A stretch of 64,000 nt of DNA from Candidatus Aminicenantales bacterium (GTDB lineage Bacteria > Acidobacteriota > Aminicenantia > Aminicenantales > Aminicenantaceae), in NCBI GenBank assembly GCA_046760305.1, contig JBHIDX010000003.1, positions 2,526 through 66,525 on the forward strand, given 5' to 3'. The translations under genes and the position numbers were made by a program. How positions within the stretch are numbered: the first letter of the stretch is position 1; every line of letters starts with the position of its first letter. Shown here piece by piece: positions 30,124-40,127 of this stretch. Under the pieces are notes generated by a model. The model saw nothing but the letters and a program-made list of their open reading frames with translations. It did no database searches and was not told where the DNA came from.

Positions 30124-31860
30124 TCAATCTCTCGGCTTCAGGTTGTGATACCTGACAACCTCCTTAATCCACCATTCAGGATAGGGAAGGTTGGAACGTT
30201 TTCTTTTTTCCCGATCATAAATACTCAAATGGTTGTATTTAACCAGAAGGTAATCTCCGAGTTTCCACCATGCATCAACAACTTTTGCTGCATTGTTGAG
30301 GCAGTAATCGGTTAAAAATCGTGAGGCAAGCGCAGAGTCCTGGCGGTAGAGAGCAGCGGTCGTCTTCTCGATAGCAGGAGCTATCTCCAGCGCTCTCTTC
30401 TCCCATTTCTGCTGTGCCTTACGGATGTCATCGATAGCGTGAGAATAGGCCACCTGAGCGTGGAAGTCAACATAGTCAAATGCCCAGCGGGCTGAATTTC
30501 TGTCGAATTCCCAGTGGTCGCCTATGGAAAAGGAAGGAGGGATGGCGGTAATTCCTGAATAGAGAGGCATGTAACAGGACGTATCCTGAGCTCCGAAGGC
30601 CACCCAGACAACCCCTCCCACTGGATCAGGCAACCATCTTCTGCTCTGGGTAATTGTTGTGTACTCAGCCCGGTTGACACTGATGGTACGGGGAGTGTTA
30701 TAAACTTTTCCTTCGGTTCTCAACGGCCTTGGATGGTAGTTGGGATTTCCGAAAGGTCCTCCTCTCAGCCCTTCTGCCGGGTCGAAGATGGTCTCTTGGT
30801 ATTTATCACGGGTAATATTGATGACATCCTCGAGAGAAAGTTTCCTGTCAGGGATTACTGAGAAGGGAAGGTCCATGTTTGGGGTCTCTGGTTTGAACTT
30901 CCGGGAAGGCGCCACCAGCTCGAAAAAGCGCCACAGTCTGGCTCTTGTTCCTCCGCTGCTCAGAGCACTGCCCTGAGTAGGTGAATAGGCTTGTTTCCAG
31001 CTGAACGGCCTGCCGCCATTGGGGTCGTAAAATCCATTCTCAACGGCAAAAGAGATGACATTCGATGAGGCCATGAAATAATCCCTGTTCTTGAGGTCAA
31101 TCTCTCCGATCCTGGACTCATTCGGGCAGACACTCACATGGTCATCCGGCACTCTCTGGGCACACCATACTGCGCCCGGTTTTCCACTCTCAGGAGTCCA
31201 GAGAGGGCCAACAGGCATGATTTCAAAAACCCAGACTTCTTCAGGGTCAGCCACTGCCAGCATCTCACCCGTATCGTGGTAGCCATACCCATGTTTTTCT
31301 GCCAGTGAACCCATAAGTTTGATTGCCTCTCTTGCAGTCTTGCACCTTTCCATGGCCAGAATGGTGAGCATGGTAATATCTAACTTCGCCGAAGGAGTGG
31401 GATTCCTCATTTTCGGCCGGCAGCCTATGGTTGATTCTCCGATGGCGAGCTGATGTTCGTTAAGGTAGCCAAAAACGCTGTGAAGGTAGGCATAAGTATG
31501 GGGAACCTGCGGGATTTCAAGCCCGGTGAATGAACCTTCGTATTCTTCACCTTTCAAGCCGCCTTCTGGGGGCCATTTTTCAATCTGACTTTTATGGTAG
31601 ATCTTCCGCATGCTTCCCGGTTCATAATCAGCGGACCGAACATACCTCCATGTCCAATCGCAAATGCCACAGTCTGCAGATTGAGTGGTCATCACCGAGC
31701 CATCTGCTGAAGCATCTTTTCCAACCATAATAACCGTACATCCTTCGGGTCGTTCCAGGGGAGGAAAGTTTTCATCCCTGCCGGTGGAGAAAAAAAGCAA
31801 AGAAAAGACGACGATAAATATTCCCAGGAGGACAAAAAACCCGTAAATAATTTTGCGCAT
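30124..31860 (-). CDS. C69-family dipeptidase, exported, paralogue 1
   Basis: GCTVIMVGKDASADGS and LNEHQLAIGEST motifs. Confidence 0.9.
   Translation of the reverse strand: MRKIIYGFFVLLGIFIVVFSLLFFSTGRDENFPPLERPEGCTVIMVGKDASADGSVMTTQSADCGICDWTWRYVRSADYEPGSMRKIYHKSQIEKWPPEGGLKGEEYEGSFTGLEIPQVPHTYAYLHSVFGYLNEHQLAIGESTIGCRPKMRNPTPSAKLDITMLTILAMERCKTAREAIKLMGSLAEKHGYGYHDTGEMLAVADPEEVWVFEIMPVGPLWTPESGKPGAVWCAQRVPDDHVSVCPNESRIGEIDLKNRDYFMASSNVISFAVENGFYDPNGGRPFSWKQAYSPTQGSALSSGGTRARLWRFFELVAPSRKFKPETPNMDLPFSVIPDRKLSLEDVINITRDKYQETIFDPAEGLRGGPFGNPNYHPRPLRTEGKVYNTPRTISVNRAEYTTITQSRRWLPDPVGGVVWVAFGAQDTSCYMPLYSGITAIPPSFSIGDHWEFDRNSARWAFDYVDFHAQVAYSHAIDDIRKAQQKWEKRALEIAPAIEKTTAALYRQDSALASRFLTDYCLNNAAKVVDAWWKLGDYLLVKYNHLSIYDREKRKRSNLPYPEWWIKEVVRYHNLKPRD
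31124..31458. repeat. 335-bp exact direct repeat, copy 2
   Basis: Identical to 29346-29680. Confidence 0.95.
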
Positions 31861-31937
31861 GCTAATCCCTCATCATAAGCTTAACTAGCCTGAAATATTA
31901 GTTCGAAAATGCCCCATGTCATTGAAAAATATTTCTT

Positions 31938-33107
31938 TTAATTATAGTAGATGTTTTTTATGTCCGCTTCTTCAGGATTGTGAAAATAATGACCCACTCC
32001 CTTCTCAACAACATCTCTATAACGGGGGACATTTCTGACAAGAATTTCTCTCTCTCTATTTCTCCTCGAAAACTGGCGGAAGATTTCCAAGACAACAGAG
32101 CAATGCTGGCCGACCCGTTTTGCCATCGGCCAGCCTGATTCATCATAAGGGACAAACAATTTCCCTTTTTCCGAAAGTTTGAGCAGAAAATGGTCCCTTC
32201 CGTTGATAAGGAGCATTTCTGTCTTGGGACCGGTTGGCTGGTCGAGAAAGGGGACAGGAGCTTCAAGCAAAAAAGGAAGCGTATCCGAGTAATCACCTAT
32301 CTCACGATGAGAAAGTCCCCTGAATCTCGAGGGCGAGGGCTCCACGTGACTGTCAAACTTCTCCCTGGCCCTGACAGTAAGGGAGGCCATGGTGGCCAGT
32401 CTAATCGATTTCTCAGGAGCAACAATACAGTTGGTAACAGGAAACATTGTTTCAGCTCCATGGAGATCAAGAGCAACAGCCACCTCCTCCTTCCTCATAA
32501 GCTCTAGAGCAGCGAAAGTAACTCTCTCCATGAGTGGGCCTTTTGGCCTTCCTGGCCAGGTTCTGTTCGTGTTTCTCACGTCGATAAAAGAGAGAAGCTG
32601 TCTGTCAGGATAGTGGACATAAACGTCAGGGTCTGGCCACTGGTCAAGAGGAGAAGCTTCCCGATTTCCCATTCTGAATCTCTTTTTGCCCCAGGGTGTG
32701 GGAATGTCAAAATAAAGGGGATAACCATCACCGGGTCGGGTGTTGCGGCTGGCGCTGTAATTAAATTCAGGAATGATGATGAGAGTTCCTTTCTCAACCA
32801 CCGCATTTTCAATAAAGACCATAGCGGTCAGCAGAGATGCAGGCTCATTGGCATGTGTATTAGCCATTATCAGGGCTTTCCCTCCCGGCTTTTCACCTTT
32901 AAGATAGAAAACGAGTGTATCGGCTGAAGTTCCTTTAAGGCTCTTTGAGTAATCGCTTAATTTTCTCACCTCTGTTACTCCCGGACCGGCCACAATCGGC
33001 AACCTGAAGTGACGGTGGCGGTAGAGAGGTATTCCCCCTCCTGTCATCAAGGCTGCAGTAAAAAAGGCAAGAATTGCTTTTATTTTCCACTTATTCCTCA
33101 TTTTCAT
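31938..33107 (-). CDS. Succinylglutamate desuccinylase/aspartoacylase-like (M14) zinc hydrolase, membrane-anchored or exported
   Basis: THANEP (HxxE), NTNRTWPG and LDLHGA motifs; N-terminal hydrophobic segment. Confidence 0.8.
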   Translation of the reverse strand: MKMRNKWKIKAILAFFTAALMTGGGIPLYRHRHFRLPIVAGPGVTEVRKLSDYSKSLKGTSADTLVFYLKGEKPGGKALIMANTHANEPASLLTAMVFIENAVVEKGTLIIIPEFNYSASRNTRPGDGYPLYFDIPTPWGKKRFRMGNREASPLDQWPDPDVYVHYPDRQLLSFIDVRNTNRTWPGRPKGPLMERVTFAALELMRKEEVAVALDLHGAETMFPVTNCIVAPEKSIRLATMASLTVRAREKFDSHVEPSPSRFRGLSHREIGDYSDTLPFLLEAPVPFLDQPTGPKTEMLLINGRDHFLLKLSEKGKLFVPYDESGWPMAKRVGQHCSVVLEIFRQFSRRNREREILVRNVPRYRDVVEKGVGHYFHNPEEADIKNIYYN

Positions 33108-33115
33108 CTCTCCAG

Positions 33116-33271
33116 CTATTTAATCCTCAAGAGTCTCAAAACAAGCGGAACAAGCACCAGAAGGTAGAGAATCATGTCATTAACATTCTTTTTTTCGCGG
33201 ACGAAATTCCAGAAAAGCACAAGGCCGAGATAGAAACAAATTATGTAATAAAGAATCATTATCAACATCAT
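33116..33271 (-). CDS. 51-aa two-TM small membrane protein (absent from the ORF track)
   Basis: MMLIMILYYIICFYLGLVLFWNFVREKKNVNDMILYLLVLVPLVLRLLRIK; GGAG RBS 7 nt upstream; fills the operon gap. Confidence 0.8.
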   Translation of the reverse strand: MMLIMILYYIICFYLGLVLFWNFVREKKNVNDMILYLLVLVPLVLRLLRIK

Positions 33272-33341
33272 CTCATGTCTCCATTACGAATTTCTCCATT
33301 ATAAATTCTTTTATCTCTTTTTACTCTTAACTTTTCACTTC

Positions 33342-34655
33342 TCACATGCTCCACCTCACCAGAAATTCGAGCTGAGCGCTGAAAATAATCATCAATATTG
33401 CCACAACCGTGATTACAATCCATGGAAGCCAGGTGCTTCTGAGAAAGCTCCAGTATGAGTGCCTGTAGTCTGAAACCATAACGCTCAGCCTGCCGATGAG
33501 AGCTGTAGGCGGGAGCCCATCACCCAAAGGCCAGAGCAGGCTTAATCCTGAAATAACCACCGTGGCGTGAAGTCCGATAGAGTCAAAAAACCAGACAAGA
33601 GGAATCCCTAAAATAGCAGCTCCGCCATAGGTAAGTACACCCTCTGAAACAGGTATGATTAAAACCAGCATCAAGTAGAGGAAGACAAGAGGCGTGCTGA
33701 TAACAGCAAAAGAGAGCAGGCCCCGAACACCGGTAGCAGTCATTATCTGCTGTAGCATTCCGACCACAACCATTGTTGCCAGGAGAGGAAGGAGTCTCTT
33801 CATCGTCTTTCGGGAAAGCTCGAAGAGGTTGATTTTTACAGGACTTACCACCAGGGAAACGAGAGCAGCGAGAGTAAACTCAAGAGGAAGGCCAAGAATA
33901 GGAATTCTAAAAGGGAATATTCTGGAGAGAACTACCAGTCCAAAAAACAACAGAAAAGGCAGAAGAACTCTCCACCAGCTCATTTTTTCTGGTACTTCGG
34001 GCATCTTCTCCAGTACTTCATTCAGACTGAAACTCTCTTCCCTCTTCAAGCCCAAAGATAAAGCAGTAAATGTTCCCAGGATAAGTACGGGTATTCCCAA
34101 AGGGAGCTCGAACCCCACATAGGGAATGGCTGTCCCGGCGCAAAGTATCATGGCCCAGATATTCACCGGCGGAGCAGCCGCACTCAGGCCAGCTACGATA
34201 AAAAGAATTGCTGCCGCTCTTTTTTTTGAAATCCCAAGATACCCGAAGGCTGCGGCAACAGGAGCTCCAACTACGAGCAGAGAAACACTCCCGGCCCCGG
34301 TTAGTGCGCCTGGAATGAGAATGATGACCATCAGAAGAAGGAGAGCGACAAGACGTTTATTGTAGAAAAGTTTTATCGTTCCTCTCACCACATAGTTCAC
34401 TCCTCCTGAGTCGCTGAGTATGGCCATAAAAATGGTGGCTGTGGAGAAGACAAGAATGACATCGAGATAGGTAAATGCTCCCTCGACAAGATGCCGGGGA
34501 AGCTGGGCTACAGGAGGCGTGCGGATCAATGCTCCGGCGATTCCCCCTGCTGCAGCTGCAGCAAACATACTGAGCTCGACCGAGAGCTTCAGCCACTTAG
34601 CCAGGACATAAGCAGCAACCATTACCAGAAGGACAATGCCAATCTGAAGCTCCAT
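33342..34655 (-). CDS. IT-superfamily permease (TRAP DctM large subunit-like)
   Basis: About 12 TM helices; internal repeat motifs AAAPPVNIWAM and GDGLPPTALIG. Confidence 0.75.
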   Translation of the reverse strand: MELQIGIVLLVMVAAYVLAKWLKLSVELSMFAAAAAGGIAGALIRTPPVAQLPRHLVEGAFTYLDVILVFSTATIFMAILSDSGGVNYVVRGTIKLFYNKRLVALLLLMVIILIPGALTGAGSVSLLVVGAPVAAAFGYLGISKKRAAAILFIVAGLSAAAPPVNIWAMILCAGTAIPYVGFELPLGIPVLILGTFTALSLGLKREESFSLNEVLEKMPEVPEKMSWWRVLLPFLLFFGLVVLSRIFPFRIPILGLPLEFTLAALVSLVVSPVKINLFELSRKTMKRLLPLLATMVVVGMLQQIMTATGVRGLLSFAVISTPLVFLYLMLVLIIPVSEGVLTYGGAAILGIPLVWFFDSIGLHATVVISGLSLLWPLGDGLPPTALIGRLSVMVSDYRHSYWSFLRSTWLPWIVITVVAILMIIFSAQLEFLVRWSM

Positions 34656-34672
34656 CCGCTACACCTCAGGCA

Positions 34673-34739
34673 ATTTTATAATTCGCTTTTGAACTTAGTC
34701 AAGGATTCTGTTGACGAAAGCCTTCTCTCTCAGTATGCT
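34673..34739. promoter_or_regulatory. Divergent sigma70-like promoters
   Basis: Plus strand TTGACG-17-TATGCT (34711-34739); minus strand TTGACT-18-TAAAAT (34702-34673). Confidence 0.55.
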
Positions 34740-34811
34740 TTAGATGCGAGAATAGTCATAAATAGATGTGCAATTCTCAGCATGTGAGTTATCCTGAAAT
34801 ATTCATAAAAA

Positions 34812-36413
34812 ATGAGACGCTGGAATGGATGGGGGAGCAATGAGATAAATTTCCCCCTTTCTCCCTCTGCTGAAAATTACCTCAGCCTCGAGCTGGGTAA
34901 GGCAAAAAGAGGGCCTTCATCAAAGTTCGAAGATGTCTTAGGCCGTGTGCCACGGCCCAGAATAAGTCCTCATCCCCTGATCAGCACCAATGCCGAGCTG
35001 CGGGTGCTGACATCGAGGGGCCAATCGCTCCCTGATTGGATTGCTCTTCGTTTTGGAACCGTTGATAGCTTTCCCGATGGAGTCGCCAGACCAACCTCAG
35101 AGGATGAAATAGAAAAATTAATTTCCTATGCCAAGCAAACAGGAACAAGGCTCATTCCTTACGGTGGGGGAACGAGTGTTGTGGGGCATATAAATCCTCC
35201 CCGAGATGAAAGGCCATCAGTAACGGTTGACCTCAGGAACCTCAGAGAACTCATTTCTCTGGATGAGAAAAGCAGGCTTGCCACTCTGGAGGCAGGCGCA
35301 ACTGGTCCTCACCTTGAAGCACAGTTGAGAGCAAGGGGTTACACCCTTGGCCACTTTCCCCAGTCTTTTGAATACTCAACACTCGGAGGATGGATTGCCA
35401 CTCGCTCGAGCGGCCAGCAGTCCCTCTATTATGGAAGAATCGAGGACCTTTTTGCCGGGGGAAGGGTTATTACTCCCTCTGGAAAAGTTGAGCTTCCTCC
35501 TTTCCCAGCCAGTGCTGCAGGTCCGGATATAAGGCACATCTTACTTGGTTCAGAAGGTAGGTTTGGAATCATCACCCGAGCCACTGTTCGTATCAGTTCC
35601 CTTCCGGAAGAAGAAAAATTTCATGGTCTATTTTTTCCTGATTGGGAGAAAGGAAGCACTGCAGTGCGCGAGCTTGCCCAAAACCGCATTCCATTATCCT
35701 TACTCCGCCTGAGCAATTCTCTCGAAACAAGATTGACCCTCCTCCTTGCCGGGCGGGAGAGACTCGTTCAGCTCCTCAACCGGCTGCTACGAGCACGTGG
35801 TTTAGGAGAAGAGAAATGTCTCCTCATTTTCGGAGTGACAGGAAAAGAGGCTGATGTCAAAAGGACAAGGCGAGTTACTCTTGACATCTGCCGCTCCTAC
35901 GGAGGAGTTTATGTGGGAAAGAGAATGGGAAACGAATGGAAAAAGAACCGCTTCAAAACTCCCTACCTCCGCAACACTCTCTGGGAACATGGCTATGCTG
36001 TCGATACTCTTGAAAGTGCTTTTTCCTGGAGCTCACTCCTGCCTGCAGCCCAGGCAATCCTCAAAGAGCTGGAACAGGGACTTCTTGACACAGGCGAAAA
36101 AGCACTCTCCTTTGCCCATATCTCACACGTCTATCAAACAGGCGCCAGTATCTATGTTACCTATCTTTTCCGCCTCGCCTCTTCTGCCCAAGAAACATTC
36201 GAAAGATGGAAAAAACTCAAGCATAAAGCGAGTAAAGCCATCATTTCCCAGGGAGGCACAATAAGCCATCAGCATGGAGTCGGGACTGACCATCTTCCCT
36301 ATCTTGAACCGGAGAAGGGGAAGATAGGACTGGCTGCGATTGAAGCTCTTTCAAAAAATATCGATCCCCACGGAATCATGAATCCGGGTAAGCTGATAAA
36401 AATAAAGGATTGA
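34812..36413 (+). CDS. FAD-linked oxidase, alkyl-dihydroxyacetonephosphate synthase-like
   Basis: IPYGGGTSVVG, GHFPQSFEYSTLGGWIATRSSGQ, GSEGRFG, SHQHGVG and MNPGKL motifs. Confidence 0.88.
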   Translation: MRRWNGWGSNEINFPLSPSAENYLSLELGKAKRGPSSKFEDVLGRVPRPRISPHPLISTNAELRVLTSRGQSLPDWIALRFGTVDSFPDGVARPTSEDEIEKLISYAKQTGTRLIPYGGGTSVVGHINPPRDERPSVTVDLRNLRELISLDEKSRLATLEAGATGPHLEAQLRARGYTLGHFPQSFEYSTLGGWIATRSSGQQSLYYGRIEDLFAGGRVITPSGKVELPPFPASAAGPDIRHILLGSEGRFGIITRATVRISSLPEEEKFHGLFFPDWEKGSTAVRELAQNRIPLSLLRLSNSLETRLTLLLAGRERLVQLLNRLLRARGLGEEKCLLIFGVTGKEADVKRTRRVTLDICRSYGGVYVGKRMGNEWKKNRFKTPYLRNTLWEHGYAVDTLESAFSWSSLLPAAQAILKELEQGLLDTGEKALSFAHISHVYQTGASIYVTYLFRLASSAQETFERWKKLKHKASKAIISQGGTISHQHGVGTDHLPYLEPEKGKIGLAAIEALSKNIDPHGIMNPGKLIKIKD

Positions 36414-38029
36414 TGATGCCTTGTGATGAATATGTTTCCCCCTGGAAGCCTGGTTGGAGAGAAGCTATCCAGGGGAGGCTGGACAGAAAATGGGATATCA
36501 TCATCGTCGGGGGAGGTATCACTGGGGCAGGCATCCTGGCCATAGCTTCAAAAAGTGGAATGAAAACACTTCTTCTTGAGAAAGAAGATTTTTCATCAGG
36601 AACTTCAAGCCGTTCTTCAAAGCTCGTCCATGGAGGATTGCGCTATTTAAAACACATGCATATCAAGCTCACCCGGGATAGCGTCAGAGAACGCCAGCGA
36701 ATGCTTCGTGAAGCTCAGGGCCTGGTTGAACCGCTTGGTTTTATCTATCCTCTATACCATGGTGATAAACCGAGTCCCTGGCTTGTGGAAATCGGACTCG
36801 GAGTCTACACTCATCTATCATCTGATGCAGGCGAATACACCCGGCTTGATAGCGTCGATTTAACCATGCTTGCCCCCGGACTGAAACAGCGAGGCCTCGA
36901 GCAGGGTTATTATTACACTGATGCCAGAACTGATGATGCCCGACTGGTGCTAAGAGTAATCCATGACGGCCTCCTTTGGGGAAAAAGCAGGTGTGCGGCT
37001 CTAAACTACTGCCAGGTGACCGGGCTTCTTGAAAAAAATGAGCGTGTGGTAGGCGTGAGAATAAGAGATGAGAGAAGGGGAGAGGAAGCTGAAATAAAAG
37101 GCTCTGTGGTTATAAATGCCACTGGAGCCTGGTCTGACAGGTTGAGAAGCGAGGTAGGAGGCCGCCCTCGCCTGCGGCCCATACGTGGGAGTCATCTCTT
37201 TTTTTCCCGTCGTCGATTTCCTGTCTACCAGGCAGTGGCCTTTACACATCCTGAAGACAGACGCCCTGTGTTTGTTTTTCCCTGGGAGGGAATCACCCTT
37301 GTGGGGACGACAGATGTTGACCATCATCAATCTCTTGATACTCAACCATCTATATCTGAGGAAGAAGCTGAATATCTTCTTCAGGCTGTTCGTTTTTATT
37401 TCCCTGAACTAAGTCTTTCCCGCTCAGACGTGTTAACCACTCAGGCAGGCGTACGGCCGGTTGTTGCTACAGGGAAAAAAGACCCCTCGGCAGAAAGCAG
37501 GGAACATACTCTCTGGAACGATAAGGGACTGTTGACAGTAACGGGTGGAAAGTTGACCACCTTCAGGGTAATCGCCCTAGATGCGCTCCGGGAAGCACAT
37601 AACATAAATAAATCCCTTAATGAACCACATACCAGGGCCTCGGTTTTTTCGCGAGTAAGTCCATCTCCTCTTCCCGGAGTTGACCCTTTTTTTTCTCAAC
37701 GCCTCTACGGTCGGTATGGAGCTGCTGCACCTTCAATAATCAAGGAAAATCCCCATCTTCTAAGCAAGGCTGGGAAAACTCCCTATTTATGGGCAGAAAT
37801 AGCCTGGTCCCTTGAAAATGAAGCAGTGGAACATCTTGATGATTTGCTCCTTCGTCGATTTCGGTTGGGTATTCTCCTTGAGGATGGGGGCCAGGAATTG
37901 TTCCCCCAATTAAAGAAACTGTGTAAAGAGCGCCTCGGCTGGCAGGAGGTGAGATGGGTCGAGGAAAAAGAGCGCTTCCAGAAAATCTGGCAGGAGGGTT
38001 ATTTGCCGCCTCCATCCTGGAGGTCTTAA
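36410..38029 (+). CDS. glpD: FAD-dependent glycerol-3-phosphate dehydrogenase/oxidase
   Basis: IVGGGITGAG, SGTSSRSSKLVHGGLRYL, DDARL, NATGAW and GGKLTTFR motifs. Confidence 0.88.
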   Translation: MMMPCDEYVSPWKPGWREAIQGRLDRKWDIIIVGGGITGAGILAIASKSGMKTLLLEKEDFSSGTSSRSSKLVHGGLRYLKHMHIKLTRDSVRERQRMLREAQGLVEPLGFIYPLYHGDKPSPWLVEIGLGVYTHLSSDAGEYTRLDSVDLTMLAPGLKQRGLEQGYYYTDARTDDARLVLRVIHDGLLWGKSRCAALNYCQVTGLLEKNERVVGVRIRDERRGEEAEIKGSVVINATGAWSDRLRSEVGGRPRLRPIRGSHLFFSRRRFPVYQAVAFTHPEDRRPVFVFPWEGITLVGTTDVDHHQSLDTQPSISEEEAEYLLQAVRFYFPELSLSRSDVLTTQAGVRPVVATGKKDPSAESREHTLWNDKGLLTVTGGKLTTFRVIALDALREAHNINKSLNEPHTRASVFSRVSPSPLPGVDPFFSQRLYGRYGAAAPSIIKENPHLLSKAGKTPYLWAEIAWSLENEAVEHLDDLLLRRFRLGILLEDGGQELFPQLKKLCKERLGWQEVRWVEEKERFQKIWQEGYLPPPSWRS

Positions 38030-38031
38030 CA

Positions 38032-40059
38032 TCAATCTTTCTCTTTCTTCTCTTCGCGCTCCCATGGCTTCCAGTCCAGGCCGAGAACATACTTCTGCAT
38101 CCATTTAATTTCTTCAATATCCCTCGTGCGCTGGTGCCTCGGCTCTCTGAAGCCATGGCCTTCACGCGGAACACGAAGATAGCGCACCGGTACTTTTCCT
38201 ATATCTTTGAGTGCAGTGAAGAAAAGCATGCTTTGTGCCTCAGTATCTGTCCTGTCATTCATGCCGTGGATGAGAAGAGTTGGAGTTTTAACATTCTTCA
38301 CGTGGGTAAAGGCTGACTGTTTCCTGTAGCCTTCCGGATTACCCCAGGGAGTACCACCGATGTGCCACAAGCGAACATCATAGTTAAAACCGGGCCCGTA
38401 CTCGGAAGTCCAGTCATAGACACCTGCTCCGAGAGAAGCTGCTTTAAACCTGTCAGTTTGGGTAATCGTCCATCCTCCGAGGATAGCACCATAGCTCCAG
38501 CCTCTGAGCCCCATGTGCTCAGGATCAACGCACCACTCTTTAATTACATAATCCACACCGTTTATTAAATCCCAGTAGTCACCGAGTCCGATACCATCAC
38601 CTGCCTGAACTGTATTTCCCTCTCTAAGCCTATCTGTATAGCCGCTTGAACCGCGGACGTTGGGAGAGAGGCAAGCATAGCCGAGTCCGGCATAGATGTG
38701 GTAGCTTGCCCTGAAACTGTTGGTGAAGCAACCTGCTGGTCCACCGTGGATATTGAGCATGAGCGGAACTCGAATTCCCTTTTTATAACCAGGAGGGAGG
38801 TGAAGAAGGCCCTCTATCTCAAATCCCTTAACGCTCTTCCATCTTATCAACTTCATCTCTGCCAGGAGGATTTCCTTTTCAATCCAGGGATTGACTTCGG
38901 TGAGCTGAAGAGGTTTAAAGTTATAAACGGATGAAACATAGATATCCGGAGGGGTGTTGTAATCGGAGAAGATATAGACCATCTTCTCTCTATTTCTGGA
39001 AAAGGAACTCACCCTGAGCGTGCCTTTTACATCTGTCAGTTTCTGAATTCTCCCTGTGGCCACATCTATTTTAAAAAGATTAGTGTTAGTCCTTTGATGA
39101 CCGTTAAAAAGAATAGCCTTACTGTCAGGCATCCAGGTAAGGCCGTAAACATTTCCTTCATACGCGGAAGAAATTTTTCGGTATGTTTTTCTCTCCGGGT
39201 CCATGATGAAAATTTTGGCATTCCTGTTCAACCACTTTTTATCATCCACTGCGGTGTAAGCAAAACTCCGTCCATCAGGAGCCCAGGTAAGGGAGCTTTC
39301 AGGGACATTGTTTTCAGTCAGTCTTTTTATTTTTTTATCGTTAATGTTCACAATGTAGATTTCACTTTTGTAAACATCGTTTCGTCTGTTGGTGTAGCGA
39401 GCCGTAAAAATAACTTTCTCACCATCTGGTGAAGGGTCAAAGCCCCCGATGATGAAATTCTCATCCGTAACCTTGGTCTCCTTTCTCGTCTCCAGGTCGA
39501 ACATCCAGAGATTGTTCCACCTTCCCTCTCTCTGTCCATTTGGACCTTCGTCAACAAAGATGACATCATAGCCTGACTTATACTTTTTTTCCTCTTCCTT
39601 ACCCCGCGGCTCTGAGGAAACGAAAAAAATCTTTTTCGAATCCTGTGACCACTTGTACCTGCCCACACTTTCTTTGTGTTTTGTGAGCTGGACAGCCTCC
39701 CCTCCAGAAGTTCTCATCATGAAAAGCTGGCTTTTCTTCTCTACTGTCCTTTTAAATGTCAGATATTTCCCGTGAGGTGAAAACTGGAATGAATTACCTC
39801 CCTTCTCTCCAATGTACTGGAATTCTTCTCCACCTTGGGCAGATATCATGTAGTAGGTGAGTTTTCTTTTATTCTTTTCCCAGTCAAGTTCTGATTTTGA
39901 GAAAAATACCCAGTTGCCATCAGGTGAGATGAGCGGAGAGCCAACACGAACCATGTTGAGAGCGTCATCAACGGTCATGGGACGAAGATCGCTGTTTTGG
40001 GAAGCACCCAGGCTGAAGACACACAAAACCAGGATGGAGGCAATTGCCATTTTTCTCAT
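38032..40059 (-). CDS. S9-family peptidase (acylaminoacyl/prolyl oligopeptidase), secreted
   Basis: Signal peptide and propeller repeats; IHGGP, GWSYG (catalytic Ser), HGMNDR and EGHG motifs. Confidence 0.93.
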   Translation of the reverse strand: MRKMAIASILVLCVFSLGASQNSDLRPMTVDDALNMVRVGSPLISPDGNWVFFSKSELDWEKNKRKLTYYMISAQGGEEFQYIGEKGGNSFQFSPHGKYLTFKRTVEKKSQLFMMRTSGGEAVQLTKHKESVGRYKWSQDSKKIFFVSSEPRGKEEEKKYKSGYDVIFVDEGPNGQREGRWNNLWMFDLETRKETKVTDENFIIGGFDPSPDGEKVIFTARYTNRRNDVYKSEIYIVNINDKKIKRLTENNVPESSLTWAPDGRSFAYTAVDDKKWLNRNAKIFIMDPERKTYRKISSAYEGNVYGLTWMPDSKAILFNGHQRTNTNLFKIDVATGRIQKLTDVKGTLRVSSFSRNREKMVYIFSDYNTPPDIYVSSVYNFKPLQLTEVNPWIEKEILLAEMKLIRWKSVKGFEIEGLLHLPPGYKKGIRVPLMLNIHGGPAGCFTNSFRASYHIYAGLGYACLSPNVRGSSGYTDRLREGNTVQAGDGIGLGDYWDLINGVDYVIKEWCVDPEHMGLRGWSYGAILGGWTITQTDRFKAASLGAGVYDWTSEYGPGFNYDVRLWHIGGTPWGNPEGYRKQSAFTHVKNVKTPTLLIHGMNDRTDTEAQSMLFFTALKDIGKVPVRYLRVPREGHGFREPRHQRTRDIEEIKWMQKYVLGLDWKPWEREEKKEKD

Positions 40060-40093
40060 TCTTTCCTCCTTAATTTAACATCTTTTTTTGTGG

Positions 40094-40123
40094 ATTATCA
40101 GATAACTCAGTTAGTAATGTCAA
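40094..40123 (-). promoter_or_regulatory. Putative sigma70 promoter of the S9 peptidase
   Basis: TTGACA-18-GATAAT on the minus strand; AAGGAGG RBS downstream. Confidence 0.5.
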
Positions 40124-40127
40124 CTCA

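Noticed and set aside
29346-31458. Repeat pair as a DGR template/variable region
   Set aside because: The copies are identical with no adenine-specific mismatches, both are coding, and no reverse transcriptase is in the window.
33116-33271. Possible frameshifted pseudogene in the operon gap
   Set aside because: Re-reading gives an intact 52-codon ORF.
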